Of a DNA stretch of 55,932 nt, positions 1-9,336 are shown piece by piece (the stretch's first letter is position 1; each line of letters begins with the position of its first letter). Under the pieces are notes generated by a model, which saw only the letters and a program-made list of their open reading frames with translations, searched no databases and was not told the DNA's origin. This DNA comes from Actinomycetota bacterium (GTDB taxonomy: Bacteria; Actinomycetota; Humimicrobiia; Humimicrobiales; Humimicrobiaceae), in the NCBI GenBank assembly GCA_051744345.1, contig JBNJCW010000004.1:1-55932 (forward strand), in the 5' to 3' direction. A program made the translations under genes and the position numbers.

Positions 1-180
1 GGGCACCCGGGATGCCTGTTTTAGTGTATACATCCAAGGATTAAAAATTACAGTAATGCATTTCTTGCCTATATTTTATTGCCGGCTGCCATATTCCCTT
101 AGTAAGGTTTTTAGTACCTTGTGCGTTTAGGTTGTTTTTAAAAATTTAAGCATAAAAAGGTGTAATAAAAACCGGCCTTT

Positions 181-495
181 ATGAATTTAAACAAAAAAAG
201 AAAAGATATTACAGCAGAGGGCTCATTACAGGGTATCCTGTGGTCCAAAGGTATAAATAAGACTCCGGAAGGATAAAATCCATATTATTAACCAGGTCCT
301 GGCTTACGGAGATATGGGGTAAATAAAATGGCTGCTTAATGCGTACTACATCCAGGAGAGGTAAAAAGAAGTTTTTTTAAATCATACCAGTCCTGTTTAT
401 ACGCAGCCGGTCTTTTACTCTATCAAAAATATAATCTTAGCCTTAAAAGCAAAGGATGTTGATGAAAAAAAATATATCAAAGCTATGCCTGGATC
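181..495 (+). pseudogene. Decayed small protein (DUF6922-like, usual partner of AbiEii-type nucleotidyltransferases)
   Basis: Manual translation: ATG at 181 gives ...LQGILWSKG; a frameshift near 270 continues DKIHIINQVLAYGDMG*IKWLL...*KEVFLNH...IKNIILALK. The ILWS / IINQVLAYGD / IKWL pattern is recalled from DUF6922-type proteins. Two in-frame stops and one frameshift. End coordinate is approximate. Confidence 0.5.
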
Positions 496-960
496 TTCTG
501 AAGCCGCAGGAGAAAATTTTATTCAGACTTTCCCCAATTTTTGCCCGGAAAGGAATTTTAGCAGGGGGCACTTCTTTAATGCTTCAGCTTGGGCACCGGA
601 AATCTTTTGACCTTGACTTCTTTTTTTTATTTAATCCCCAAGCATTTCTTAAGGATGCTCTCAGGCATGTTCGGGTCAGATACGCATCAAGGTATTGGCG
701 GATAATTCAGATGAACCTACAGTCAATATATATGAAGAAAATAAGGTCACTTTTATTTTAAAAAAATGGTTTTCCTTTAAAAAAAAATAACTGATGCAAG
801 GAAAAAGTTTAAAGGATAATTTTCATAAAAACTGTTTTTATCCCAGCTTATACTTTGAAGAAATAGATGATTTTACCATAGATTTTATAGAGGAGACCTA
901 CCCCTTAAAGAAGTCAGCGGTTACCTGGTAAGAGAAACAGAGCGCTATAAAGGGGAAAGG
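456..960 (+). pseudogene. AbiEii/AbiGii-family nucleotidyltransferase toxin, fragmented
   Basis: ORF 456..761 carries LAGGTSLMLQLGHRKSFDLDFF (GGT..L..GHR.S.DLD motif). Further fragments in other frames at about 790-950 (KLFLSQL, YFEEIDDFTIDFIEE, KEVSGYL) look like the C-terminus. Several frameshifts and stops. Confidence 0.7.
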
Positions 961-1033
961 CTTAAAAGGCTGACAATACCCCGGATATCTTGGAAAAAAA
1001 TAATTTCGGGATGTTTTACAATTTATTATGTTA

Positions 1034-1062
1034 TTGACATCTATATGTAATTAACATATAGT
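1034..1062 (+). promoter_or_regulatory. Sigma70-type promoter with overlapping inverted-repeat operator
   Basis: TTGACA (1034-1039), 17 bp spacer, TATAGT (1057-1062). A perfect inverted repeat CTATATGT-N5-ACATATAG (1041-1061) fills the spacer and -10. Confidence 0.7.
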
Positions 1063-1091
1063 AAGTAAAAATTATTTTAGTTAAAAAATAA

Positions 1092-1589
1092 ATGGGCTTT
1101 TTTAACCGGTACCTGACAGCTATAATAATAAATTCCATTGCCGTAGGATGGCTGACGTTCTCCCTTATAAAGGATAGACCAAAGAGCAGGCAATCCTTGA
1201 AAATAGCCATAAGAACCTTTGTAAAGATACTGCCCCTCATAGTAATAATCATAGTATTTATCGGATTTCTGCTGGGATTCTTTCCTCCGGAACTTATCTC
1301 CAGGGTTATAGGGGAACAGGCCGGCTTCCGGGGAGTAATGGTTATCGCCGCCCTTGGTTCTGTCCTGTTTATACCTGCCCTTATATCCTTTCCCCTGGCA
1401 GCCTCCCTTTTGGATGGAGGGGCTTCGGTGATGGCGGTTGCCGCCTTTATAGCTACCCTGACCATGGTGGGGGCGGTAACCCTGCCTCTGGAGCTGAGGG
1501 AGCTGGGTAAAAAGATGACTGTTTTAAGGAATTTATTCAGTTTTATGTTTGCGTTAATAATTGCTTTTTTGATGGGAGTTATACTGTGA
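1092..1589 (+). CDS. Predicted permease subunit (DUF318/ArsP_1-like, split, part 1)
   Basis: 165 aa, hydrophobic. FPLAASLLDGGAS..AVAAFIATLTMVG...LPLE motif. Overlaps the next gene by 4 nt. Confidence 0.75.
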   Translation: MGFFNRYLTAIIINSIAVGWLTFSLIKDRPKSRQSLKIAIRTFVKILPLIVIIIVFIGFLLGFFPPELISRVIGEQAGFRGVMVIAALGSVLFIPALISFPLAASLLDGGASVMAVAAFIATLTMVGAVTLPLELRELGKKMTVLRNLFSFMFALIIAFLMGVIL

Positions 1590-2158
1590 AAGATTTAAAA
1601 GACATGGCCGGCCAAAAAGAAAAGCAGAAAAAAAGCTCCAAAAGGGACTATATTGCTATGGCGGCAGTGGTGGCGTTAGCTGTGGTTGTGCTGTTGGTTT
1701 TTCCAGAGAAATCCGGGCCGGTAATGGAAGTTTCAAAAAATTATTTGATTGAGCTGGCCCTCATCCTTCCTGCGGTTATGGTAATAATAGGGCTTTTTTC
1801 TGTATGGGTGCCTCAAGAGGCGGTAGTAAAATATATGGGCAAAACCTCGGGGATAAAGGGTATTTTCCTTTCCATAGGGCTGGGCATGCTTCCCACCGGT
1901 CCGCTGTATATCGCTTTTCCCATGGCTGCAGCTCTGCTCAGGAAAGGGGCAAAAAAATCAAACATAATAATATTTGTATCCGCCTGGGCATGTATAAAAC
2001 TGCCCCAGGAACTAATTGAAATACAATTTTTGGGAATAGAATTTACTCTTCTTAGGCTAACCCTTACCATTGTATTTGTGATTATAATGAGCATAGTGAT
2101 TGAAAAGCTGATTGAATTTACTGATAGAAAAGAGATTAAGGCGGATAAGAATTCTTGA
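1586..2158 (+). CDS. Predicted permease subunit (DUF318/ArsP_1-like, split, part 2)
   Basis: 190 aa, hydrophobic. GPLYIAFPMAAALLRKGA and WACIKLPQELIE motifs, paralogous to the upstream gene. Confidence 0.75.
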   Translation: MKDLKDMAGQKEKQKKSSKRDYIAMAAVVALAVVVLLVFPEKSGPVMEVSKNYLIELALILPAVMVIIGLFSVWVPQEAVVKYMGKTSGIKGIFLSIGLGMLPTGPLYIAFPMAAALLRKGAKKSNIIIFVSAWACIKLPQELIEIQFLGIEFTLLRLTLTIVFVIIMSIVIEKLIEFTDRKEIKADKNS

Positions 2159-2228
2159 CATATTCAGAGCGGCAGGCTTGTTCTGCCAGTATATTTTTAT
2201 CGTTTAAGCTAAAACGGAGGGCGGGCAT

Positions 2229-2534
2229 ATGAAAGTAGTTGATTTATACAAAATAGAATCTTTTCCCTACGGGGAAAGGGGAAAGAATGTGTTCTATAAA
2301 GCAGAGGAATTTAAGATAAGGATAATAAGTTTATCTGCCGGCCAGAGCATACCGGAATGCACCATGGCTTCCTATGTTGTTTTTGTGGTTCTGGAAGGTG
2401 AGGCTGTGGTTACGGTTAATGGTAAGAAGGCAGACATAAGCAGAGGAAAATGCCTAATCAGTGAGCCGGCAACCCTCTCCCTGGAAACCGAGACCGGGGT
2501 AAGGATTATGGGCCTGCAGATCAATAAAGAATAA
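2229..2534 (+). CDS. Cupin domain protein
   Basis: 101 aa. L.AGQSIPEC...VVFVVLEGEAVVTVNG pattern of a cupin beta-barrel. RBS ggaggg upstream. Confidence 0.7.
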   Translation: MKVVDLYKIESFPYGERGKNVFYKAEEFKIRIISLSAGQSIPECTMASYVVFVVLEGEAVVTVNGKKADISRGKCLISEPATLSLETETGVRIMGLQINKE

Positions 2535-2536
2535 TA

Positions 2537-2752
2537 TTGGAAGGAGGTAATATTATGTGTAATACAGAAACGGTTTCTAATTCAGGATGCTGCTGCCAGC
2601 CTGGTGACATGCACCGGGGCCACGGGCACAACTTGGGCCCAAAACCCCATTTTCCGAGCAAGGATGAGCAGTTAGACATGCTAAAAAGATATAAGCAGAA
2701 GCTAAAAAAGGAACTGGGCGAGGTAGAAGAGAAGATAAAGGATCTGGAGTAG
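2537..2752 (+). CDS. Small Cys/His-rich coiled-coil protein (DUF5320-like)
   Basis: GCCC and HRGHGH N-terminus, then FPSKDEQLDMLKRYKQKLKKELGEVEEKIKDLE coiled coil. True start is probably ATG 2555 after ggagg. Confidence 0.6.
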   Translation: MEGGNIMCNTETVSNSGCCCQPGDMHRGHGHNLGPKPHFPSKDEQLDMLKRYKQKLKKELGEVEEKIKDLE

Positions 2753-2756
2753 GCTG

Positions 2757-3140
2757 ATGATGTGTGACAGCGACACAGGCAATTCCAAATGTTCATGCCA
2801 CAGCGGCAGAATGGGCAGGTTTTTAATCCCTGCCCTGCTGCTGCTTCTGGCTGAAAAGCCTTCCCATGGCTACGAGCTTAGTGAAAGGTACTCTGAGCTG
2901 GGCTTTACTGAAGCCGAGTCTGATCCGGGAGCGATATACAGGAACCTTAGGCTCCTGGAAAAAGAAGGATTCATAAAGGCAAGGTGGGAAACCAAAGGAC
3001 AGGGCCCTGCCAAAAAGGTTTACTCTATAACCGCAGAGGGAACCGAGCTTCTTTCCAGCTGGGCCAGAGAGATAGGAGGAAGAAAAAATATACTGGAGTC
3101 TTTTTTAGAGAGGTTTAAAAAATTGAAAATAGAGCTGTGA
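2757..3140 (+). CDS. PadR-family transcriptional regulator
   Basis: LLLLLAEKPSHGYEL, GAIYRNLRLLEKEGFI and KKVYSITAEG winged-helix PadR motifs. Cys/His N-terminal extension. Confidence 0.9.
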   Translation: MMCDSDTGNSKCSCHSGRMGRFLIPALLLLLAEKPSHGYELSERYSELGFTEAESDPGAIYRNLRLLEKEGFIKARWETKGQGPAKKVYSITAEGTELLSSWAREIGGRKNILESFLERFKKLKIEL

Positions 3141-3388
3141 GCATGGATTCCTGCAGCATTTTTTATGCAGCAGGGATTTCCTACACTTTGTCCCCCATGC
3201 CTTAAATCCAGCCTACTGGTAAAAGGCGGGTTTAAGAAACTGCATCTGATAACATCCCGGGCTAAAAATAGCCTGTTATCCGGGGTGCCCAACATTTGAT
3301 TTAAGCTTTACATTTATTTGCACTTATATATACTATATTACTTAATAACTTAAATTACATATATTTTACCTATACTAAAGGATACACA

Positions 3389-5152
3389 TTGAAACCTGAG
3401 AGCGAACTCCTTACTGGAAATGAAGCTATTGCCAGAGGTGCATGGGAAGCAGGGGTAAAGGTAGCCACCGCCTATCCGGGCACGCCTTCTACAGAGATTT
3501 TGGAAAACATATCTGTTTATGGGGAAATCTATGCCCAGTGGTCGGTTAATGAAAAGGTTGCCCTGGAGGTTGCATCAGGAGCAAGTATTGAGGGAGTGAG
3601 GTCCCTGGCGGCTATGAAGCATGTGGGCTTAAATGTTGCCGCAGACCCTTTTATGACCCTGGCTTATACCGGGGTAGGAGGAGGGCTGGTATTGGTTTTT
3701 GCTGATGACCCGGATATGCACAGTTCCCAGAATGAACAGGATAACCGCTATTATGCCAAGATGGCAAAGGTTCCCATGCTGGAGCCTTCAGACAGCCAGG
3801 AAGCCAAAGACTTTACAAAAGCAGCCTTTGATATAAGCGAGAAGTATGACTGCCCGGTCCTTGTAAAAAGCACTACCAGGATTTCACATTCGAGGTCCCT
3901 GGTAAGCCTTGGGCAAAGGGTGGAGAGAAAGAAGCCGGAATATGAAAAGGACTGCCGCAAATATGTAATGATACCTGCCCACGGGAGGCTAAGGCATCAG
4001 GTTCTGCTCAAGAGATGGGAAAAGCTTACCAGTTATGTTAACCGGAGCGGCTTAAACTATATCTACTCTCCTAAAAACAGGGAGCCTGGTGATGTGGGCA
4101 TAATTACCAGCGGCATAAGTTATCAGTATGCAAGGGAGGTTTTTAGCGGATACCAGATATTAAAACTGGCTTTAACCAGCCCCCTGCCGGAGGAAGTTAT
4201 TGCTAAATTTGCCCGGGGCAAAAAACTTTTACTCATAGTAGAGGAACTGGAGCCCTTTCTGGAAGAGGGGATAAAGTCATTGGGCCTGGGAGCAGAGGTG
4301 GCAGGGAAACAATATTTTCCCCAGTACGGAGAACTATCCCTGGCAACCTTAAAAGAGGTAAAAAGAAAGCTTTTCGGGAGCAGGGAACCTGCAAGATCCG
4401 GGCAAGGCCCGGTTAATGTAGCTCCCAGGCCCCCGGTGCTCTGTGCGGGGTGTTCGCACAGGCCTGTTTTTCATGTGCTTAAGAAACTGAAGCTGAGGGT
4501 TATGGGGGATATAGGGTGTTACACCCTTTCAGTGCTGCCGCCCCTCAGTTCCATGGATACCTGCTTATGCATGGGTGCGGGGGTAGGCCAGGCACTGGGC
4601 ATGGAAAAAGCCAACCCCGGGCTTAAAGGCAAGCTGGTATCGGTTATAGGCGATTCTACTTTTTTCCATTCCGGCATAACTTCCCTTATAGATAATGTTT
4701 ATAATAAGGGAAGCAATGTAATAATAATACTGGATAACAGGATAACCGCTATGACCGGCCACCAGGCCCATCCGGGGATGGGAAAGACACTGAAAGGAGA
4801 AGATGCAGGTATTATCTGGCCTGAAGAGATTGCCCGGGCAGTGGGAGCAGCCAGTGTACAGGTGGTGGATTCTTATGATATGAAGGGGTTTGAAGATGTT
4901 TTAAAAAAGGAGCTGTCCAGAGAAGAGGTTTCGGTTATAGTGGCCAGGCAGGAGTGTGTGCTGTTGAATAAAAACAGGGGACAGGCAACTTTTTATATCG
5001 ACCCCGATGCATGCAATGCCTGCGGCGCCTGCCTGAAATTTGGCTGTCCTGCCATACAGTACAGGGATAAAACATACATTATAGACAAGCTGTTATGCAC
5101 TTCCTGCGGGGTTTGTGTCCAGTTGTGTAAATTTGATGCCATAAAAGAGTAA
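3389..5152 (+). CDS. iorA: Indolepyruvate:ferredoxin oxidoreductase alpha subunit
   Basis: LLTGNEAIARGA, AYPGTPSTE, PPVLCAGCSHR, TPP motif GDSTFFHSG...N, and two C-terminal 4Fe-4S motifs. TTG start. Confidence 0.95.
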   Translation: MKPESELLTGNEAIARGAWEAGVKVATAYPGTPSTEILENISVYGEIYAQWSVNEKVALEVASGASIEGVRSLAAMKHVGLNVAADPFMTLAYTGVGGGLVLVFADDPDMHSSQNEQDNRYYAKMAKVPMLEPSDSQEAKDFTKAAFDISEKYDCPVLVKSTTRISHSRSLVSLGQRVERKKPEYEKDCRKYVMIPAHGRLRHQVLLKRWEKLTSYVNRSGLNYIYSPKNREPGDVGIITSGISYQYAREVFSGYQILKLALTSPLPEEVIAKFARGKKLLLIVEELEPFLEEGIKSLGLGAEVAGKQYFPQYGELSLATLKEVKRKLFGSREPARSGQGPVNVAPRPPVLCAGCSHRPVFHVLKKLKLRVMGDIGCYTLSVLPPLSSMDTCLCMGAGVGQALGMEKANPGLKGKLVSVIGDSTFFHSGITSLIDNVYNKGSNVIIILDNRITAMTGHQAHPGMGKTLKGEDAGIIWPEEIARAVGAASVQVVDSYDMKGFEDVLKKELSREEVSVIVARQECVLLNKNRGQATFYIDPDACNACGACLKFGCPAIQYRDKTYIIDKLLCTSCGVCVQLCKFDAIKE

Positions 5153-5164
5153 AGGATATTTTTT

Positions 5165-5800
5165 ATGGGAAAAGACAGCAGGGTTAACCATATGGAGAGG
5201 GCAAGGGAAAGGTGTTTTCGGCTTCTGGGAGAAGGAAACACGGTTTCGGTTATGTTTTGCGGCGTGGGAGGGCAGGGGATAATTTTGGCTTCCACTGTTT
5301 TGGCCAGGGCCGCCCAGCTGGGAGGTTTTGATGTAAAGGTCTCAGAGGTTCACGGCATGGCCCAGAGGGGAGGCAGCGTTGTTGGCAGTGTGAGGCTGGG
5401 CAGGAAAGTTTTTTCCCCTACCATAGACGAGGCTGACCTTATAGTAGCCCTGGAAAAGCTGGAAGCGGCAAGGCATATGGGGAAGCTTGTCCGCGGCGGT
5501 TTTCTGCTGGTAAATGATTATGAGATAGTGCCTGTCTCCATGTATGCAAAAAAAGAAGAATACCCCCGCAATATACTGTCAGATATCTCCAAAATTACTC
5601 CCAGCTACAAGGCAATAGAGGCCGGAAAGATTGCGGCCAAACTGGGCCAGCCCAGGGTCCTTAATACCGTACTTTTGGGTTTTCTTTCCAATTTCCTGCC
5701 TATAGATAAAAAATGCTGGATAAGCTCTATCAAACAAACCATACCTTCCAGCTCTGTAGGGATAAATATCCAGGCCTTTGAAAGGGGCCTAAAATATTAA
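5165..5800 (+). CDS. iorB: Indolepyruvate:ferredoxin oxidoreductase beta subunit
   Basis: GVGGQGIILAS and SEVHGMAQRGGSV motifs; adjacent to iorA. Confidence 0.93.
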   Translation: MGKDSRVNHMERARERCFRLLGEGNTVSVMFCGVGGQGIILASTVLARAAQLGGFDVKVSEVHGMAQRGGSVVGSVRLGRKVFSPTIDEADLIVALEKLEAARHMGKLVRGGFLLVNDYEIVPVSMYAKKEEYPRNILSDISKITPSYKAIEAGKIAAKLGQPRVLNTVLLGFLSNFLPIDKKCWISSIKQTIPSSSVGINIQAFERGLKY

Positions 5801-5820
5801 TTTTAGCTTAGGAGGAAAAA

Positions 5821-6216
5821 ATGCCTGTAAAGCAAATAACTGTTTTTTTAGAAAACCAGACCGGCAGGCTTGCGGAAGTAGCCGGGATACTCAAAAGGCA
5901 GAATATCAACTTGCAGGGCTTTTCCACTACTGAAGCAAGGGACTACGGGATACTCAGGCTGGTAGTTTCTGATACCGAGAAAGCCAGAGAGAGCCTCAAA
6001 GACGCCGGTTTTACAACCCATGTTGCTGATGTAATCTGCGCTAAAGTAAAAGATGAGCCGGGAGAGCTGTTAAAGATACTGGAGCTTCTGGCCAGATCAA
6101 ACATAAATATTGACTATATTTATGTAATAGCCCAGACCAGGATAGTCTTAAGCGTTAAGGATTTGGAAAAGGCGGAGCAGGTTCTTGCAGATAACGGGGC
6201 TAAGCTTTGTACATAG
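5821..6216 (+). CDS. ACT domain (amino acid-binding) protein
   Basis: KQITVFLENQTGRLAEV and DEPGELLKILELL tandem ACT repeats; typical neighbour of ior/paaK. Confidence 0.88.
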   Translation: MPVKQITVFLENQTGRLAEVAGILKRQNINLQGFSTTEARDYGILRLVVSDTEKARESLKDAGFTTHVADVICAKVKDEPGELLKILELLARSNINIDYIYVIAQTRIVLSVKDLEKAEQVLADNGAKLCT

Positions 6217-6259
6217 TTTTTAATAAAAACTTATAACTAAAAAAAGAAAGGGGGTTTAG

Positions 6260-6364
6260 ATGCTTGGACTGGGGTTTTGGACTTTTCTTGCGTACATCCT
6301 GTGCATAATAAGTACTGTAGTCTGTGTGGTCTACGGGGCCATAATGTGGAACAAGAACAAATAA
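6260..6364 (+). CDS. Small single-pass accessory protein of the sodium:solute symporter
   Basis: Not in the ORF track. ATG 6260 gives MLGLGFWTFLAYILCIISTVVCVVYGAIMWNKNK*, with RBS gaaagggg upstream. The CV.YG...WN pattern is recalled from symporter small accessory proteins. Confidence 0.8.
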   Translation: MLGLGFWTFLAYILCIISTVVCVVYGAIMWNKNK

Positions 6365-6390
6365 AAAAATGATTGGAGAAAGGAGGGAAA

Positions 6391-7995
6391 GTGAATACTC
6401 CTCTGTTTAGTATCATTGTGGTGGTTTACCTGCTGATAATAGGTTTTCTGGGTTATCTGGGTTATACGGGGACCAAGGATTCAAGGGACTTCTTGATTGC
6501 CGGGGGCCAGATACACCCCTATATTATGGCCATATCCTATGGGGCGACATTTATATCAACCTCTGCCATTGTGGGCTTTGGCGGCGCCGCGGGGGTCTTT
6601 GGCATGGGGCTTTTGTGGCTTACTTTCTTAAATATTGCCCTGGGCATAGCTGTGGCCTTTATCTTCTTTGGCAAAAGAACCAGGCAGATGGGCCAGAATC
6701 TGGACGCCCATACCTTTCCTGAATTTTTGGGAAGGAGGTATGACTCGAGGTTTATCCAGGGGCTTGGCGGCCTAGTTATATTCCTGTTCATGCCTATTTA
6801 TACCGGAGTGGTGCTTATCGGGGCAGCAAGATTTATAGAGAGCACCCTTAATATAAACTTCATGGTGGCCCTGTTTATTTTTTCCATAATTATTGCCGCC
6901 TATGTTATCGCAGGGGGCCTTAAGGGGGTTATGTATACCGATGCGCTGCAGGGCACCATTATGTTTTTGGGCATGCTGGTATTGATATTCATCACCTATA
7001 TAAGGCTGGGGGGGATTGTACCTGCCCACCAGGCCTTAAGTGATATTTTCGACAAGGTGCCGGATGCCCTGGTGGCGGGAGGCCATCAGGGGTGGACCAA
7101 TATGCCTTCCCTGGGCTCACCGCTCTGGTGGTCCCTTGTTTCAACCATCATTATGGGCGTGGGCATAGGGGTTTTAGCCCAGCCCCAGCTGGTGGTCAGG
7201 TTTATGACTGTAAGAAGCTCAAAAGAGCTTAACCGGGCTGTGCTTGTGGGGGGCATCTTTATACTGTTTATGACTGGTGTGGCTTTTGTGGTAGGCTCCC
7301 TGTCCAATGCCTACTTTTTCCAGGAAACAGGGCAGATTGCCCTGGAGGCTGCAGAAGGTAACTCCGATTCGATAATCCCCGTTTATATAAACATGGCCAT
7401 GCCTACATGGTTTGTTTACCTGTTTATGCTTACCCTGCTGGCGGCGGCGATGTCTACCATAAGCTCGCAGTTCCATACCATGGGTTCAGCATTTTCCAGA
7501 GATATTATTGGAATCAGGAGCAGGGAAACCCGGGCTGATGAAGATGCAGCGGTTGAAAGGCCCACCAAGGGGCTGCTGGTTACAAAGATAGGGGTAATTA
7601 TAGGCATTATATTAAGCGTATTGCTGGGCTATTACCTGCCTACAAGCATTATAGCCAGGGGCACTGCCCTGTTCTTTGGGGTAGCAGCAGCAACTTTTTT
7701 GCCCATGTATATATGCGGCCTGTACTGGAAAAGGTCAACCAAGGCAGGTGCGGTAAGCGGAATGGTGGTCGGGGTAGTTACCAGTGTCTTCTGGATGCTG
7801 TTTATTCATAAAGACAATTCTGCTATGATAAGAATCTGTAATTTATTATTTGGAAAAGATACCCTGGCAAGCTACCCCTGGTCCGCTGTGGATCCCATAC
7901 TGATAGCATTTCCCGCAGCTTTCATAGTAACCATTGCGGTAAGCTTGTTTACCAAACCGCTTCCCGGGGGATTAATAGAAAAAAGCTTTAAATAA
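6391..7995 (+). CDS. Sodium:solute symporter family transporter
   Basis: About 13 TM helices. SYGATFISTSAIVGFGG, GGLKGVMYTDALQG and LLAAAMSTISSQ motifs. GTG 6391 follows RBS aaggaggg (ORF track starts at 6373). Confidence 0.93.
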   Translation: MNTPLFSIIVVVYLLIIGFLGYLGYTGTKDSRDFLIAGGQIHPYIMAISYGATFISTSAIVGFGGAAGVFGMGLLWLTFLNIALGIAVAFIFFGKRTRQMGQNLDAHTFPEFLGRRYDSRFIQGLGGLVIFLFMPIYTGVVLIGAARFIESTLNINFMVALFIFSIIIAAYVIAGGLKGVMYTDALQGTIMFLGMLVLIFITYIRLGGIVPAHQALSDIFDKVPDALVAGGHQGWTNMPSLGSPLWWSLVSTIIMGVGIGVLAQPQLVVRFMTVRSSKELNRAVLVGGIFILFMTGVAFVVGSLSNAYFFQETGQIALEAAEGNSDSIIPVYINMAMPTWFVYLFMLTLLAAAMSTISSQFHTMGSAFSRDIIGIRSRETRADEDAAVERPTKGLLVTKIGVIIGIILSVLLGYYLPTSIIARGTALFFGVAAATFLPMYICGLYWKRSTKAGAVSGMVVGVVTSVFWMLFIHKDNSAMIRICNLLFGKDTLASYPWSAVDPILIAFPAAFIVTIAVSLFTKPLPGGLIEKSFK

Positions 7996-8016
7996 ATTAG
8001 GGAAAGGAGGCCATCA

Positions 8017-9333
8017 TTGGTTAATGATTACTGGGAAAAAGATTATGAGACCATGCCCAGGGATAAGCTTTTGGAGCTGCAGACCGAAAGGCTTAAAAAT
8101 ACTCTGGTAAGGGTGTATGAAAGTGTAAAATTTTACAGGGAGAGGATCGATGACAGCGGCATTGATCTCTATAATTTCAAAAGCCTGGATGAGCTTGAAA
8201 AAATTCCCTTTACCACCAAGGATGACCTCCGCTTAAATTACCCCTTTGGCATGTTTGCCCGGCCCATGAGTGAAATTGTAAGGATACATTCATCTTCTGG
8301 AACCACCGGAAACCCCACTGTGGTGGGCTATACCAAAAATGATATCGCCCTCTGGGGAAACCTTATTGCCAGGAACCTCTACGGTGCCGGGGTAAGGGAA
8401 GATGATATTATACAGAACAGTTACGGCTACGGCCTTTTTACCGGCGGCCTGGGGCTTCATTACGGGGCCGAGCTTCTGGGAGCCACGGTAGTGCCTGTTT
8501 CCGGGGGAAACACCGAAAGGCAGCTTAAGATAATGGGTGACTACGGTTCCACCGTGCTCTGCTGCACCCCCTCATATGCCCTGTATATAGCGGAGGCAGG
8601 AAAAGAGATGGGCATTGATTTTTCGAAGCTGCCTCTCAGGACAGGCATACTGGGAGCAGAGCCGTGGACAGAAGAGATGAGGGCAGAAATAGAATCAAGG
8701 CTTTGCATTGATGCAGTGGATATATACGGCTTAAGCGAGATAATTGGGCCGGGGGTAAGTTGTGAGTGCCTTAAGAAAAAGGGCTTGCATGTGGCTGAAG
8801 ACCATTTCATAATAGAAATTGTAGACCCTGCCACCGGCAGGCAGGTCCCCCATGGAAAGAGGGGAGAGATGGTCTTTACGTCCATTACCAAGGAGGGGAT
8901 ACCCATAATCCGGTACCGCACCAGGGACCTTTCTGCTCTGGATGCCGGAGTTTGCGGCTGCGGGAGGACGCATGCCCGCATGGCCAAGCCCATGGGCCGC
9001 ACTGATGACATGCTCATAATCAGGGGGGTTAATGTGTTCCCTTCCCAGATAGAGGAGGTCCTGATGAAGGTAAAGGAGGTTGAGCCCCATTACCTTATAG
9101 TGGTGGACCGTAAAAATTACCTGGACAATATGGAGCTGTGGGTGGAGGTTTCAGAAGATATATTTTCAGAAAAAATGAATGAGCTGGAGGCTTTCGAATC
9201 TTCTATCGAGCACAAGCTCTATTCTGCTATAGGCATACACATAGATGTTAAGCTAAAGGAACCAAAGACAATTAAAAGAAGCAGCGGAAAAGCCAGGAGG
9301 GTTCTTGACCGGAGGAAAGGGGAGTCTCTGTAG
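8017..9333 (+). CDS. paaK: Phenylacetate-CoA ligase family protein, copy 1
   Basis: HSSSGTTGNPT, YGLSE and GRTDDMLIIRGVNVFPSQIE adenylate-forming motifs. Confidence 0.92.
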   Translation: MVNDYWEKDYETMPRDKLLELQTERLKNTLVRVYESVKFYRERIDDSGIDLYNFKSLDELEKIPFTTKDDLRLNYPFGMFARPMSEIVRIHSSSGTTGNPTVVGYTKNDIALWGNLIARNLYGAGVREDDIIQNSYGYGLFTGGLGLHYGAELLGATVVPVSGGNTERQLKIMGDYGSTVLCCTPSYALYIAEAGKEMGIDFSKLPLRTGILGAEPWTEEMRAEIESRLCIDAVDIYGLSEIIGPGVSCECLKKKGLHVAEDHFIIEIVDPATGRQVPHGKRGEMVFTSITKEGIPIIRYRTRDLSALDAGVCGCGRTHARMAKPMGRTDDMLIIRGVNVFPSQIEEVLMKVKEVEPHYLIVVDRKNYLDNMELWVEVSEDIFSEKMNELEAFESSIEHKLYSAIGIHIDVKLKEPKTIKRSSGKARRVLDRRKGESL

Positions 9334-9336
9334 GTG

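Noticed and set aside
1031-1465. 144-aa minus-strand ORF and many other antisense or alternate-frame ORFs in the track (e.g. 8541..9017, 9823..10413, 18311..18889, 21295..21888, 23403..23960, 32918..33427, 42499..43029, 43830..44372)
   Set aside because: They lie within well-supported genes in another frame or strand, have no recognisable motifs and read as shadow ORFs.
3020-3295. 91-aa minus-strand ORF after padR and an imperfect hairpin near 3150-3175
   Set aside because: The ORF overlaps padR antisense and has no recognisable domain. The hairpin has a mismatch and no clear U-tract.
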